Shown piece by piece: positions 1-8,648 of a stretch of DNA of 46,778 nucleotides (its first letter is position 1; each line of letters begins with the position of its first letter). This stretch comes from Pseudohongiellaceae bacterium (GTDB lineage: Bacteria > Planctomycetota > B15-G4), in contig JBLIMM010000002.1 in assembly GCA_047638635.1 (NCBI GenBank), forward strand, positions 1 to 46,778, in the 5' to 3' direction. The position numbers and the translations under genes are program-made. The notes beneath the pieces were generated by a model, which was not told the DNA's origin, made no database searches, and worked only from the letters and a program-made list of their open reading frames with translations.

Positions 1-860
1 AGCAAAGGCAACTCGCGATAACTCTCAATGAACAGCGCCGCAGCACGAATACGGCGAGTGTGCTGGCGCTCGGCGGGCTCGTCGATGTCTTGTGCCCGCA
101 AGAATGACTCGGCGGCTGTGATCTCTGAGTCGTAACGTCTCTTGAGAGCAGCCCGCTCTTCGTCGGAGCCGGCCATGGTGGCCACGCGAGCACTCAACTC
201 AGAGAGCGCTTTGTGGCGATGCTCCAAGAACGACGAGATGAATTTCTCCACCACGGCTTCGTCGTTTTCGTCGCTGGGACAGGAGCCGTTGATCGGCGTG
301 CGATGCAGCCATGACAAGGCGGCGTGCTTAAAGGTGGGCGTGTCCGCTTGCCGCGCTCGCAAGCGCTTCATGGACCAACCGGCGTTGCCGTCCAGCTCAT
401 TGAGGACATCTTCGAACTTGCCCCCGGTCACATAGGGGATGCGCTCATCCCCGTCGAGCCCGAGGAGAATCTCGACCTCTCGAAACTGCACCGACTGTCC
501 GCCGTTCGCCGGGAAGAGCTTGTCGCGAAACTCAAGGTAGTCCCGGGTAGTGATGGTCTCGACCAACTCAAAGTGACTGGCGCATCGATCGAGGGTGATC
601 TTCAGCCGCCGCAGCAACCGGCAAGCCCCAGCCAGTTCGTTGTCGGGCACGTTGTCTTGAGCGAACAGATCACGGGCCACGACCAAGTCGCGCAACATCA
701 GCTTGAACCACAGCTCATACACCTGATGCACGGTGATGAAGACCACCTCTTCGTGAGACAACGCCTCTTCGTTCCCCTCGACACCGCCCTGCAGCGACAG
801 CAACTCAGGGCTGTGGATGTAGTCCCAGTAGGTGATGGGGCTAGCGTCGTCTTGGGTCAT
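1..860 (-). CDS. kynA: Tryptophan 2,3-dioxygenase, N-terminal ~286 codons; the 3' end runs off the left window edge
   Basis: Absent from the ORF track because it is open at the edge. My reverse-strand translation from the ATG (complement of 858-860) reads MTQDDASPITYWDYIHSPELLSLQGG..HEEVVFITVHQVYELWFKLMLRDL..TTRDYLEFRDKLFPANGGQSVQFREVEILLG..RIRAAALFIESYRELPLL, with no stop down to position 1. The HQ..ELWFK helix and the FR..L.P..G.QS.QFR..E..LG block are the conserved TDO core. Confidence 0.8.
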   Translation of the reverse strand, partial: MTQDDASPITYWDYIHSPELLSLQGGVEGNEEALSHEEVVFITVHQVYELWFKLMLRDLVVARDLFAQDNVPDNELAGACRLLRRLKITLDRCASHFELVETITTRDYLEFRDKLFPANGGQSVQFREVEILLGLDGDERIPYVTGGKFEDVLNELDGNAGWSMKRLRARQADTPTFKHAALSWLHRTPINGSCPSDENDEAVVEKFISSFLEHRHKALSELSARVATMAGSDEERAALKRRYDSEITAAESFLRAQDIDEPAERQHTRRIRAAALFIESYRELPL

Positions 861-1018
861 GGTGCCGGTACTTTCGCGAAAAGAGCGGGGCGGGTTCACG
901 CCCAACGGTATCGCTCATGGGTCCCCCGGGGAAGTGAGCTGCCTAGGGGGATTCTCCGGGCCATGCCGGGGAGGGTTTGACGAGGCTTCGTTCCTCTCAA
1001 TGATGTTCCTTGCAGAGA

Positions 1019-1915
1019 CTACAGGCCCTTCGAAAGCGCCACCACATCGTCGAGCCTCCTGCGCATTTTATTCGAGAGTCCAGCGTTGGCCCCGAAGACC
1101 AGCTCTGCTTTGCTCACAGACTGACGAAGGCTCTCCAGTGCAAGAGAGGCGCCCTTGGCGTCACCTGCATCCAGCGCGCGTTGGACAAACAGGGCGTTCT
1201 GCAGGCTCCGTCCAGAGAGGCGGGTCCGTGGTCGTGCGGAGAGTTCGAGGTCAAGACTCATCTCGGCGAGAAGGGTGAGGGCGTCCTCTCGCGGCAGCCG
1301 ATTCGCGAGTTTCACGAGGGTTCCGAGTACCAGGGCATCTTGGGTGCCGAGTTCAGCCCGTGCTCGGGGGGGGCTGCCTGCAGCAGAAATGCGAGAGCCT
1401 CGTCAGTTCGTCCAAGCCTGCGGAGCATCGAGACGTTGATTCGCGCGAGCTGTAATCGAAACCTGGGAGCGATGGCTACGAGACCCTTGGACGTGAGCTG
1501 AAGAGAGTGAAACATCGCTTCGCCGGCGCTGATGTCGCCATTTCGAACAATGAACCCAGTCAGGTCACGCCACGCATGCAGCGTTCGCAAGTGTGTTGGA
1601 CCCAGCTCCGGTTTGAGGAGATCGAACGCCCTCTGAAAGTGCCATTGAATGATCGTGCTGTTGGAGAGACCTGTGGTTCCAGCGTTTAGAATTCGTCCCA
1701 CCATATTGATGCATGACGCCAGCTGCTGCGGGGTAGCTCTCCACCTGGCTTTCGATAAAAGGTCCCGCTGTGATGAACTTCTGCTGGAGCGTTACGGGGT
1801 CCACGGTGATGAGCTCGCCGTTAGCTGAGTGTCCGGGGTCGTTCAGGAAAACAAGGGGGAACTTGTCTCGGAGTGACGCGCAGAGAGTTTTAGGGAAGGG
1901 CAGGGTGCTCTAAAC
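1019..1915 (-). pseudogene. Disrupted all-alpha (TPR-like) gene present as three reading-frame pieces (1019-1315, 1312-1704, 1565-1915)
   Basis: Track ORFs 1312..1704 and 1019..1315 overlap by GTGA. Read upstream of its GTG, the 1019 frame stays open (..PPRARAELGTQDALVLGTLVKLANRLPRED..) back to a G8 run at 1366-1373. There it meets the 1312 frame (..RTDEALAFLLQAAPP). A 1-nt length change in the run would fuse both into one helical-repeat protein. A third frame with no start codon (..PLVFLNDPGHSANGELITVDPVTLQQKFITAGPFIESQVES..) overlaps the 5' end up to a stop at about 1915. Confidence 0.4.
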
Positions 1916-2068
1916 GCCGTCCGTCGTAAGAGAGAAGAGAGCGATCCCGCCATCCTTAGAATCGGATTGCACGCATGTTTGTTCCCGGCTCTGACTGATG
2001 GTGTCGAGAGTGCGTTAGATGTTGGAAACGCACAATGAGGTCGGGCTTCATGAGTACTGAAGATCGCG

Positions 2069-2767
2069 GTGAAGCAGTGTGCGCCGGCGGCGGACCCAGG
2101 TGCGCCCCACGATGGCGCCGTCCCACAGGCGGCGCCCGAGGGGCTGATCGCAAGGCGTCGACGTCGGGTGCAAATCTTGGGCAGGAACCACAAGTTGCCG
2201 GCACTGTTGCGGGAGCTGCGCTCTTCACGCAGCGGCGGCTTGGACGTCACGCTCATGTCGCGTCAACCCTCGGGCGAACGTCAGCAAGCGCTGGGTGAGC
2301 TTGCCGAAGAGACTGATAAAGAGACTGGCGAACTCACGATCCAGCACGTCGAGGAGGACTACGCATTAGGAGCCAGCCTGGCAGACGCTGACCCAGCAGG
2401 GTTCGATCAGATCATGCTGCTGTCCAGCGGGGGCATGGAATCGTCGGGGGAGGCGGATGCTCGCACTGTCATGGGTTCCGTCAGGCTGAAAGCCTTGCCT
2501 GCCGGTCGGGCTGATCCGCCGGATCTGATTGTGGAGCTGCTAGACCCGGACAACGCCCCCTTGTTCAGCGATTCGGGTGCCAGCGGGAACTTCAGCTGAC
2601 CCCGGCACGGGACCGCGCCGGGGTCCTTGGCGAGGACGACAACGTGGTGGTCCTGGCTGCGGACGATCTTGGCGAGGGTTGCCCCGGGCCTGCCCGCGTC
2701 TGCGCGTTCGGAGTCGCGTTGACCCCGGGCGATTCACCGAGAGAAGCCACGACAGATTGGCGAAAAG
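2069..2767 (+). pseudogene. Remnant of a CASTOR/POLLUX-type (RCK/TrkA-like) ion channel: 5'-truncated, frameshifted C-terminal part
   Basis: Track ORF 2069..2599 contains RRVQILGRNHKLPALLRELRSSRSGGLDVTLMS..FDQIMLLSSGGMESSGEADARTVMGSVRLKAL..DLIVELLDPDNAPLF. This is the pattern of the second RCK lobe of CASTOR/POLLUX-like channels (ILxxGWNxxxxxxxxELD; ExDAxTxxxxLxLR; IxxExxDxxN). No transmembrane or first RCK region lies upstream. The ORF stops at 2599, and a different frame continues ..RDRAGVLGEDDNVVVLAADDLG, like the family C-terminus, running into the tRNA. Confidence 0.45.
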
Positions 2768-2844
<77 letters not shown>

Positions 2845-2847
2845 AAC

Positions 2848-2895
2848 GGTGCTGCGGTGCTGCTGTGCTGCTGTGCTGCGGTGCTGCGGTGTGGC
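2848..2895. repeat. Tandem 8-bp repeat (KGTGCTGC), five clean copies plus one degenerate copy
   Basis: Read directly: ggtgctgc ggtgctgc tgtgctgc tgtgctgc ggtgctgc ggtgtggc. It starts 4 nt upstream of the tRNA 5' end, in the spacer to the divergent pseudopilin gene. Confidence 0.9.
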
Positions 2896-3075
2896 GTCCG
2901 GGCGGGTGGCCTGAAGCGCTGACCGAGGCGCACGATACCGAGATGGGGCCGGAGGCGGAAGGTCTCCCTTGCCGATGGGCGATTCGGTTCAAGGGAAGTG
3001 GGGCCATTGCTCGAAGAGAAGCCGATGTGTGGCTACCCAGGCCGCACTCGGGCCGCGCTCCGGTCTGCGACAGCG

Positions 3076-3663
3076 ATGAGCAGCAGAGGTCTCTCCACCG
3101 TGCACAGGCAGCAACAGCAACGAGGTTTCTCGGCCATCCAGGTTGTGGTGACTGTCGCCATCTTGATCGCCCTGGCTGGCGTGCTCATTCCGAGCATGAA
3201 CACCTACTTGAACAAGAATCATCGCAGCCTGGCCAAAGAGCAGATGGACAAGGTGGCCGAGGTCTTCAGTCGCTACAAGGCGGACACTCGCGACTGGCCG
3301 ACGCCCTACGACCAACTGCCGATCAAGACGGGGAACCACAGATTCTCCACGTATTTTGGCTTCTACCGCAACACCACAAAGAGCGCTGGCTGGGATGGCC
3401 CGTACTTCGACGAAGGTGTGGTGGTCAACGGCAAGATGCGCGTGTCGAACTTCGACAAAGGCACGTACGAAGGGATGATCGATCCGTGGGGCCGACAGTA
3501 CCGCGTCTTCACCTACCGCCACGGCTACTCGGGGACGTTGGGTGGGATCATGCTCGTGTCTTACGGATTCGACGGCAAACTGAGCACGAACGCGAGTAGC
3601 GTTTTCGCTGGTGACGCCATGGGCGACGACCTCGTGCAGCTGATCACTTACTCGCTGGACTAG
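3076..3663 (+). CDS. GspG/PulG-like pseudopilin (prepilin-type N-terminus) with an atypical Gln at the +5 position
   Basis: This lies in track ORF 2998..3663. I prefer the ATG at 3076 (MSSRGLSTVHRQQQQRGFSAIQVVVTVAILIALAGVLIP..), which gives a short basic leader, G|F, then a ~20-aa hydrophobic helix. That is a class III signal. The C-terminal IDPWGRQYRVF..LVSYGFDGK resembles the GspG DPWG..Y...S.G.DG block. Confidence 0.7.
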   Translation: MSSRGLSTVHRQQQQRGFSAIQVVVTVAILIALAGVLIPSMNTYLNKNHRSLAKEQMDKVAEVFSRYKADTRDWPTPYDQLPIKTGNHRFSTYFGFYRNTTKSAGWDGPYFDEGVVVNGKMRVSNFDKGTYEGMIDPWGRQYRVFTYRHGYSGTLGGIMLVSYGFDGKLSTNASSVFAGDAMGDDLVQLITYSLD

Positions 3664-3733
3664 TCGTTGTTGCTAGCGCCGGTGTCGTGCGTTGAGCACG
3701 GCGTACCCGTACCCGTGACTCGCTGACGTAGGG

Positions 3734-4960
3734 TTACGCTCCGCCAAGGACGCGCTCGATGCGTTCCAAGGCCCAGTCGATTTCGCTCTTCTCAACGACG
3801 AGAGCGGGGGCGAAACGAATGGTGTGCTCGTGTGTCTCTTTGCAGAGCATGCCTTCGCGCTGCAACGCTTCGCAGAAGCGCCGTGCACCGCCAGCCGCCG
3901 GATGCAGCTCCACGCCGATCCACAAACCAAGCCCCCGCACCTCAGCAATGTGGGAAGACTCCATGGCTTGAATACGATCGAGCATGTAGGCGCCCAGCTC
4001 TGCGGAACGTTCGTTGAGCTTCTCGTCTACGAGCACGTCGAGGGCCGCTTCGGCCACAGCGCAGGCGAGTGGGTTTCCGCCGTACGTCGAGCCGTGTGAT
4101 CCGGGGGTGAAGACGTTCATCACCTCGTCGTCAGCGAGGAACGCTGACACGGGATACATGCCGCCGGAAAGCGCTTTGCCAATGGTCACGGCGTCGGCGC
4201 GAATGCCTGCGTGGGTGTGAGCGAACATCTTGCCCGTGCGTCCGAGACCCGATTGAATCTCGTCGCAAATGAGCAGCGCCCTGTTGTCGTCGCAGAGCTT
4301 GCGCAGTCCTTGCAAGAAGTTAGCAGGGGGGACAACGACGCCCGCCTCTCCTTGCACGGGCTCGACGAGAACAGCCACGACGTTCGAGTCGAAGGCTGCG
4401 GTCGTCGCATCGAGGTCGCCGTAAGGCACGGTGACAAACCCGGGAGTGAAGGGCCCGTAGCCTGTGCGCGCTGTGGGGTCGTCGGAGAAGCCCACGATGG
4501 TGGTGGTGCGCCCGTGGAAGTTGCCAGAGAAGACCAAGATCTTTGCCTCTCCCTCGGCCACGCCTTTCACGTCGTAGCCCCACTTGCGCGCCGCCTTCAA
4601 CGCAGTCTCTACGGCTTCGGCGCCCGTGTTCATCATCAAGACTTTGTCGTAGCCCGAAAGCTTCGACAACTTCTCGCAGAAGGGTCCGAAGCGATCGTTA
4701 CGAAACGCCCGGGAGGTCAAGCTCAACTGCTGGGCTTGATCCACCAAGGCCTTCACCAAGCGAGGATGGTTGTGCCCCTGGTTCACCGCCGAGTAAGCCG
4801 CCAAGCAATCAAGAAAGCGGTTGCCCTCCGTGTCCCAAACCCAACACCCTTCGCCCCGAGACAGAACGATATCGAGGGGGTGATAGTTGTGGGCGCTGTA
4901 CGCGCTCTCCAGCTCAATCAAAGCAGAGGCGTCAAGACGTTGGGCGGGAGAGTCGGTCAT
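3734..4960 (-). CDS. rocD: Ornithine--oxo-acid aminotransferase (class III PLP aminotransferase)
   Basis: 408 aa. Motifs: YHPLDIVLSRGEG, AYSAVNQGHNHP, MNTGAEAVETALKAARKWGY, CDEIQSGLGRTG, GKALSGG (PLP lysine) and GSTYGGNPLA. This is the full-length ornithine aminotransferase pattern. Confidence 0.9.
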   Translation of the reverse strand: MTDSPAQRLDASALIELESAYSAHNYHPLDIVLSRGEGCWVWDTEGNRFLDCLAAYSAVNQGHNHPRLVKALVDQAQQLSLTSRAFRNDRFGPFCEKLSKLSGYDKVLMMNTGAEAVETALKAARKWGYDVKGVAEGEAKILVFSGNFHGRTTTIVGFSDDPTARTGYGPFTPGFVTVPYGDLDATTAAFDSNVVAVLVEPVQGEAGVVVPPANFLQGLRKLCDDNRALLICDEIQSGLGRTGKMFAHTHAGIRADAVTIGKALSGGMYPVSAFLADDEVMNVFTPGSHGSTYGGNPLACAVAEAALDVLVDEKLNERSAELGAYMLDRIQAMESSHIAEVRGLGLWIGVELHPAAGGARRFCEALQREGMLCKETHEHTIRFAPALVVEKSEIDWALERIERVLGGA

Positions 4961-5056
4961 AGCGGGGCTCGCATGTGGGTAATCCCGAATAGCATCGCGG
5001 CGAGAAGCTGGGATGCAACCGTTGTCTGAGTTGAGCCTTGGGGCCCCGCCCAGGCC

Positions 5057-5818
5057 CTATGCGATCGTCGCCCCGCCATCTACGTGAATGACCTGGCCGA
5101 CGACGTGGTTCGACGCCGCGCTGCACAGATACACCGCCGTGCCCACGATCTCGTCGGGCTCGCCGTGCTGGCCTCGGGGGATGCCAGCGACAATGGAGTC
5201 GTAGAAGCCCTTGTTGCCCATGACCCCGGCGGACATGTCCGTGTCGAAGAGCCCGGGAGCAATGGCGTTCACGTTGATGCCCTTGGGGCCCCACTCCACA
5301 GCGAGCGAGCGGGTGAAGCCCATGATGCCTGCCTTCGCGGTGCAGTAGGCAGTGGCCTCACCCACGCCGAAGGTGCCTAGCACGGAGGCGATGTTCACCA
5401 CCTTGCCCGAGCCCTGGGCCAGGAAGTGGCTGCCCACGGCCTTGGCGAAACGGAAGCTGGCCATGAGGTTTACTTCGAGCACGTCCCGCCAAGCGTCGTC
5501 TTCGGTTTGCTCAATGGGGCCCATTTGATAGAGGCCCGCGTTGTTGATCAGAATGTCGATACGGCCAAAGGTGTCGACGGCCGCGGCTACAGCCATGGAA
5601 GCCACGGCTGCTTCGGCGACATCTCCCACCACGGCCAGGCCTTTGCGACCGGTGGCTTCGATGGCGGCCACGGTTTCTGCAAGGTCGGCTTCTCGTCGAG
5701 CGACCACCACGACGTTGGCACCTGCTTGGGCCAGGCCCACGGCCATGGCTCGTCCGAGTCCTCTTCCGGCTCCGGTCACGAGGGCGACTTGGTTGTCGAT
5801 GCGGAAGAGGTCAGTCAT
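5057..5818 (-). CDS. Short-chain dehydrogenase/reductase (SDR) family oxidoreductase
   Basis: 253 aa. Motifs: TGAGRGLG cofactor motif, NNAG, and catalytic S..YCTAKAG (YxxxK). The substrate cannot be assigned from the sequence. Confidence 0.9.
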   Translation of the reverse strand: MTDLFRIDNQVALVTGAGRGLGRAMAVGLAQAGANVVVVARREADLAETVAAIEATGRKGLAVVGDVAEAAVASMAVAAAVDTFGRIDILINNAGLYQMGPIEQTEDDAWRDVLEVNLMASFRFAKAVGSHFLAQGSGKVVNIASVLGTFGVGEATAYCTAKAGIMGFTRSLAVEWGPKGINVNAIAPGLFDTDMSAGVMGNKGFYDSIVAGIPRGQHGEPDEIVGTAVYLCSAASNHVVGQVIHVDGGATIA

Positions 5819-5866
5819 GGGTCGTGTCTCTGGGTTGAGCGTGATGTCTGTTGTGGTGACAAAGGG

Positions 5867-8032
5867 TCAGCCTTCAATCCGTCGCACGGAGAGCACCTTG
5901 TCGCCCACGAGGAGCGACTGCACCACATCCATGCCGTCGATCACTTGGCCGAAGAGGGTGTAGTTGCCGTTGAGGTGCGGGGTGGGCAGCTGGGTGATGA
6001 AGATCTGGCAGCCGCCAGTTTGGGGCTGTCCAGCCGCGGGCATGCCCAGGGAGCCGCTGACGAAGGGCCGAGGACTTTGTTCATCGGGAACCCGCCGACC
6101 GCCCACGCCCCAGCCGTCCCCACGAGGATCGAGCCCTTGAACGACGAAGTTCGGCACCACCCGATGAAAATCGAGGCCGTCGTAGAAGCCAGAGGCGGCG
6201 AGCTCTAAGAACGAGGCGACGTGCACTGGCGCCAGAACACGATCGAGGCGCAGGGTCACCGTGCCTCGATCCGTCTCCACCGTGACCGTGGGTGCTGGGT
6301 CGTTAGCTGCCTCAAGTTCTTGCTGCAAAAGATGTTGCAGCAACGGAACCTCGCTGATCACAGGCAAGGGGAGCGGGTCGAGAGCGGGTAGGCCCAGGGC
6401 GGTTGCGAGCTCGATGCGCGTCTCTTCGAGGATGAAGTCCTGAGCGTTCTCTAGAGCATCCGCGAGCCCGCTGACCAGCCAGGGCTCTGCCATCCCGGCC
6501 GCGACCACAGGAGCGGCCGCTACGGCAGCTTGGCCCATGAGTGCGGGATCGCCGCTGGTGAGCGCCTCCCCAAGCCGCGAGCGCAACGACTCGAACAGCT
6601 CATCGCCCAGAAGGGGCAGCATAGCCGCCTCTACCCGGGGGTCGGCGTCATCGAGCAGGGCTATGATCAGATCGCCGTCTTGAGCAATGCCGGAGACGAT
6701 CAGCTCCCCTGCCCGAGCACGGTCACGGGGGTCTGGGGATTGGGCCAGTTGCCGCACGGCAGCGGCCGCCAGTTCTACCCGGCGCCGCTCGATCTTGGGC
6801 ACGGTGCTGCTCTCGGGGATGCCTTCGCGCCACTCCGGGCCGAGCTCTTTGTCGAGGGCCGTGTCGATGCTGGCCAGGGCGGCCAGGGCTTCTCTCCGAA
6901 CGGAAAGTTCGGTCTCTGCAGCGAGTTGGTCCTGCAAGCTGCTGTCGAGCTGGGCCAAATCGAGGGGCCACTGCGGGGCGCCGAACTCTGAGGCTCGCAG
7001 TGCACGCTCACGGGCTCGGGAGGCGGCCAAATGCGACCAGGCCAGGCTCCGCACGCCGGGATTCTCGTGGCTCAAGGCGAGAACACCGAGCTCGCGATAC
7101 TGGCCGTGGGCACCGATCACGGACACCGCTTCGAAGACCACTCGTTGGTCGTTGTGCTGCAGCAGCTGCCTTGCAGCGATGGTTCCGTCGGTGAGGCCAG
7201 CCTTGTCTAGGGACCCCAATCCCCGCAGGGCGAAGGCCAGCAGCACCGGATCTTCGTCTGCCTCGCCGACCGCTTGCAGCAAGGGCGCCACGTGGGCTGC
7301 TCGGGGGTGCATGGAGGCCATGGCGTAGGTGGCCCGCCAGCGCACACCGCTGTCAGGGTCTTCGGCGATGGCTTCGGCCAAGGCCTCGTCGCGGCTGTCC
7401 AACACCGCTTCGGAGGTCTTGCGTGGGTGCTTGAAGCGCCGCCCGTCGAGGTCAGCGAGGCCCAGGGCGGCCGCTTGCCGCACCAGGGCATTGCTATCGC
7501 TGAGAGCTTGCACTAGCAGCGCAGTCTCCCGATCGTCCCGCAGGCGACCCAGGGCTGAGAGGGCCGCTGCCCGCACGATCGAGGCCGGATGGCTCGCGAG
7601 CTTGCGCAAAGGCGTCCCGGCCTCGGGGTCTTCCCAGCGGCCTAGGGCGAAGCACAACTCGGCCAGCACCGCAGGGTCAGCCTCGACAGAAGCTCGGGCA
7701 ACCATGAGCTTCAGGTTGCTGGGTGCGGGAAAGCGAGCCAGGCCTCGGGCTGCCACTCGACGCACTCCTGGGTCGCTGTGGGACAGTCCCTGCAGTAATG
7801 AGCCGTCGTCTTGGAGATTGGTCACCAAGTCGGTGAGGGTCAGGCTTTGGCGAGCTGCTGGCACCATGGGCGAGTCGGTGTTGGCGGCCATGGGGGCGGC
7901 AGCGCTGGATGCGCGAGAACCGGGCGCAACGCGCGGGGGCGCTCCCGGGGGCCGGCCAAACGTGCAGCTAGCGGCGAAGAGACCGGCCAGGAGGGCGCAG
8001 CTCAAGGGAGTCTGCAAGGAACGTCGCACCAT
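5867..8032 (-). CDS. Lipoprotein with a ~540-aa HEAT/ARM-like repeat region fused to a C-terminal cyclophilin-type peptidyl-prolyl isomerase
   Basis: 721 aa. The N-terminus LLAGLFAAS|C is lipobox-like. There are repeated ..DP.VR..AA.ALG.. HEAT-like units. The C-terminal 160 aa contain FHRVVPNFVVQGLDP, GSLGMPAAGQPQTGGCQIFIT and LFGQVIDGMDVV, which are cyclophilin signatures. Confidence 0.85.
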   Translation of the reverse strand: MVRRSLQTPLSCALLAGLFAASCTFGRPPGAPPRVAPGSRASSAAAPMAANTDSPMVPAARQSLTLTDLVTNLQDDGSLLQGLSHSDPGVRRVAARGLARFPAPSNLKLMVARASVEADPAVLAELCFALGRWEDPEAGTPLRKLASHPASIVRAAALSALGRLRDDRETALLVQALSDSNALVRQAAALGLADLDGRRFKHPRKTSEAVLDSRDEALAEAIAEDPDSGVRWRATYAMASMHPRAAHVAPLLQAVGEADEDPVLLAFALRGLGSLDKAGLTDGTIAARQLLQHNDQRVVFEAVSVIGAHGQYRELGVLALSHENPGVRSLAWSHLAASRARERALRASEFGAPQWPLDLAQLDSSLQDQLAAETELSVRREALAALASIDTALDKELGPEWREGIPESSTVPKIERRRVELAAAAVRQLAQSPDPRDRARAGELIVSGIAQDGDLIIALLDDADPRVEAAMLPLLGDELFESLRSRLGEALTSGDPALMGQAAVAAAPVVAAGMAEPWLVSGLADALENAQDFILEETRIELATALGLPALDPLPLPVISEVPLLQHLLQQELEAANDPAPTVTVETDRGTVTLRLDRVLAPVHVASFLELAASGFYDGLDFHRVVPNFVVQGLDPRGDGWGVGGRRVPDEQSPRPFVSGSLGMPAAGQPQTGGCQIFITQLPTPHLNGNYTLFGQVIDGMDVVQSLLVGDKVLSVRRIEG

Positions 8033-8184
8033 GGGGTTGTCTCCGTCGCTTCGTCGTCGTGGGCCCGGTAGGTCACCGTTGGCGTCGACAGGGAAGCGGC
8101 GCGAGTATACTCACCGGCCTTGCTCGGACGCGCCTCAAGCTGCGCTCCATTCAACCTTTACCGACCCACTGGACAGCCGCGCCG

Positions 8185-8640
8185 ATGACCAACCTCGAGA
8201 CACGCCTGAAGGACGACATCAAGAGCGCCATGAAGAGTGGGGCCAAGGCCGACCTCGAGGTGCTGCGGACGATCCTCTCAGACATCAAGAACGCCGCCAT
8301 TGCTGAGGGCCTCGAGCGGGAGGGCTTCGGTGACGAGATCGTGCTGAAGATGCTGCGCAGGGGCGTGAAGACTCGCAGTGAATCTGCGGAGATGTACAAG
8401 GAAGCCAAGCGCGAAGAGCTGGAAGCGACAGAGCGTTTTCAGATCGATGTGCTGCGGCGCTACCTGCCGGCTGAGCTGTCCGCCGCTGAGCTAGAGGGCA
8501 TCGTCGATGGGGTCATCGCTGAGCTGGGTGCCACCACAAAGCGTGAGATGGGTGGGGTGATCAAGGCGGTCATGGCCAAGACGGCTGGCCGCGCTGACGG
8601 CAAGGCGGTCTCGGGCCTGGTGGCTGGCCGGCTGAGCTGA
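8185..8640 (+). CDS. yqeY: GatB/YqeY domain protein
   Basis: Track ORF 8059..8640. I start it at ATG 8185 (MTNLETRLKDDIKSAMKSGAKADLEVLRTILSDIKN..MGGVIKAVMAKTAGRADGKAVSGLV), which matches the ~150-aa YqeY family end to end. The upstream 42 codons are Arg/Gly-rich and not protein-like. Confidence 0.85.
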   Translation: MTNLETRLKDDIKSAMKSGAKADLEVLRTILSDIKNAAIAEGLEREGFGDEIVLKMLRRGVKTRSESAEMYKEAKREELEATERFQIDVLRRYLPAELSAAELEGIVDGVIAELGATTKREMGGVIKAVMAKTAGRADGKAVSGLVAGRLS

Positions 8641-8648
8641 CGCGCGTC

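Noticed and set aside
324-980. 218-aa plus-strand ORF (and 142..435, 832..1278) at the left end
   Set aside because: These lie antisense to, or overlapping, the clearly recognisable tryptophan 2,3-dioxygenase frame. Their composition is Arg/Gly/Pro/Leu-rich with no motif, typical of GC-driven shadow ORFs.
2848-2895. Possible CRISPR array or other interspaced repeats
   Set aside because: The repeat unit is 8 bp, strictly tandem and without spacers. There are no cas genes and no 25-40-bp repeat/spacer periodicity anywhere in the window.
2865-3599. 244-aa plus-strand ORF overlapping the pseudopilin gene in another frame
   Set aside because: The sequence is Arg/Gly/His-rich and low in complexity. 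The 2998/3076 frame carries the prepilin signal and the GspG-like DPWG block, so this frame is the shadow.
4211-5029. 272-aa plus-strand ORF
   Set aside because: It is antisense to rocD, which has full-length aminotransferase motifs. It has no motifs of its own.
7329-8306. 325-aa plus-strand ORF (also 6687..7328 and 5426..6208)
   Set aside because: These are antisense to the HEAT-cyclophilin and SDR genes. They are extremely Arg/Ala/Ser-rich. The 7329..8306 ORF also runs across the yqeY start, which is inconsistent with the clean YqeY frame.
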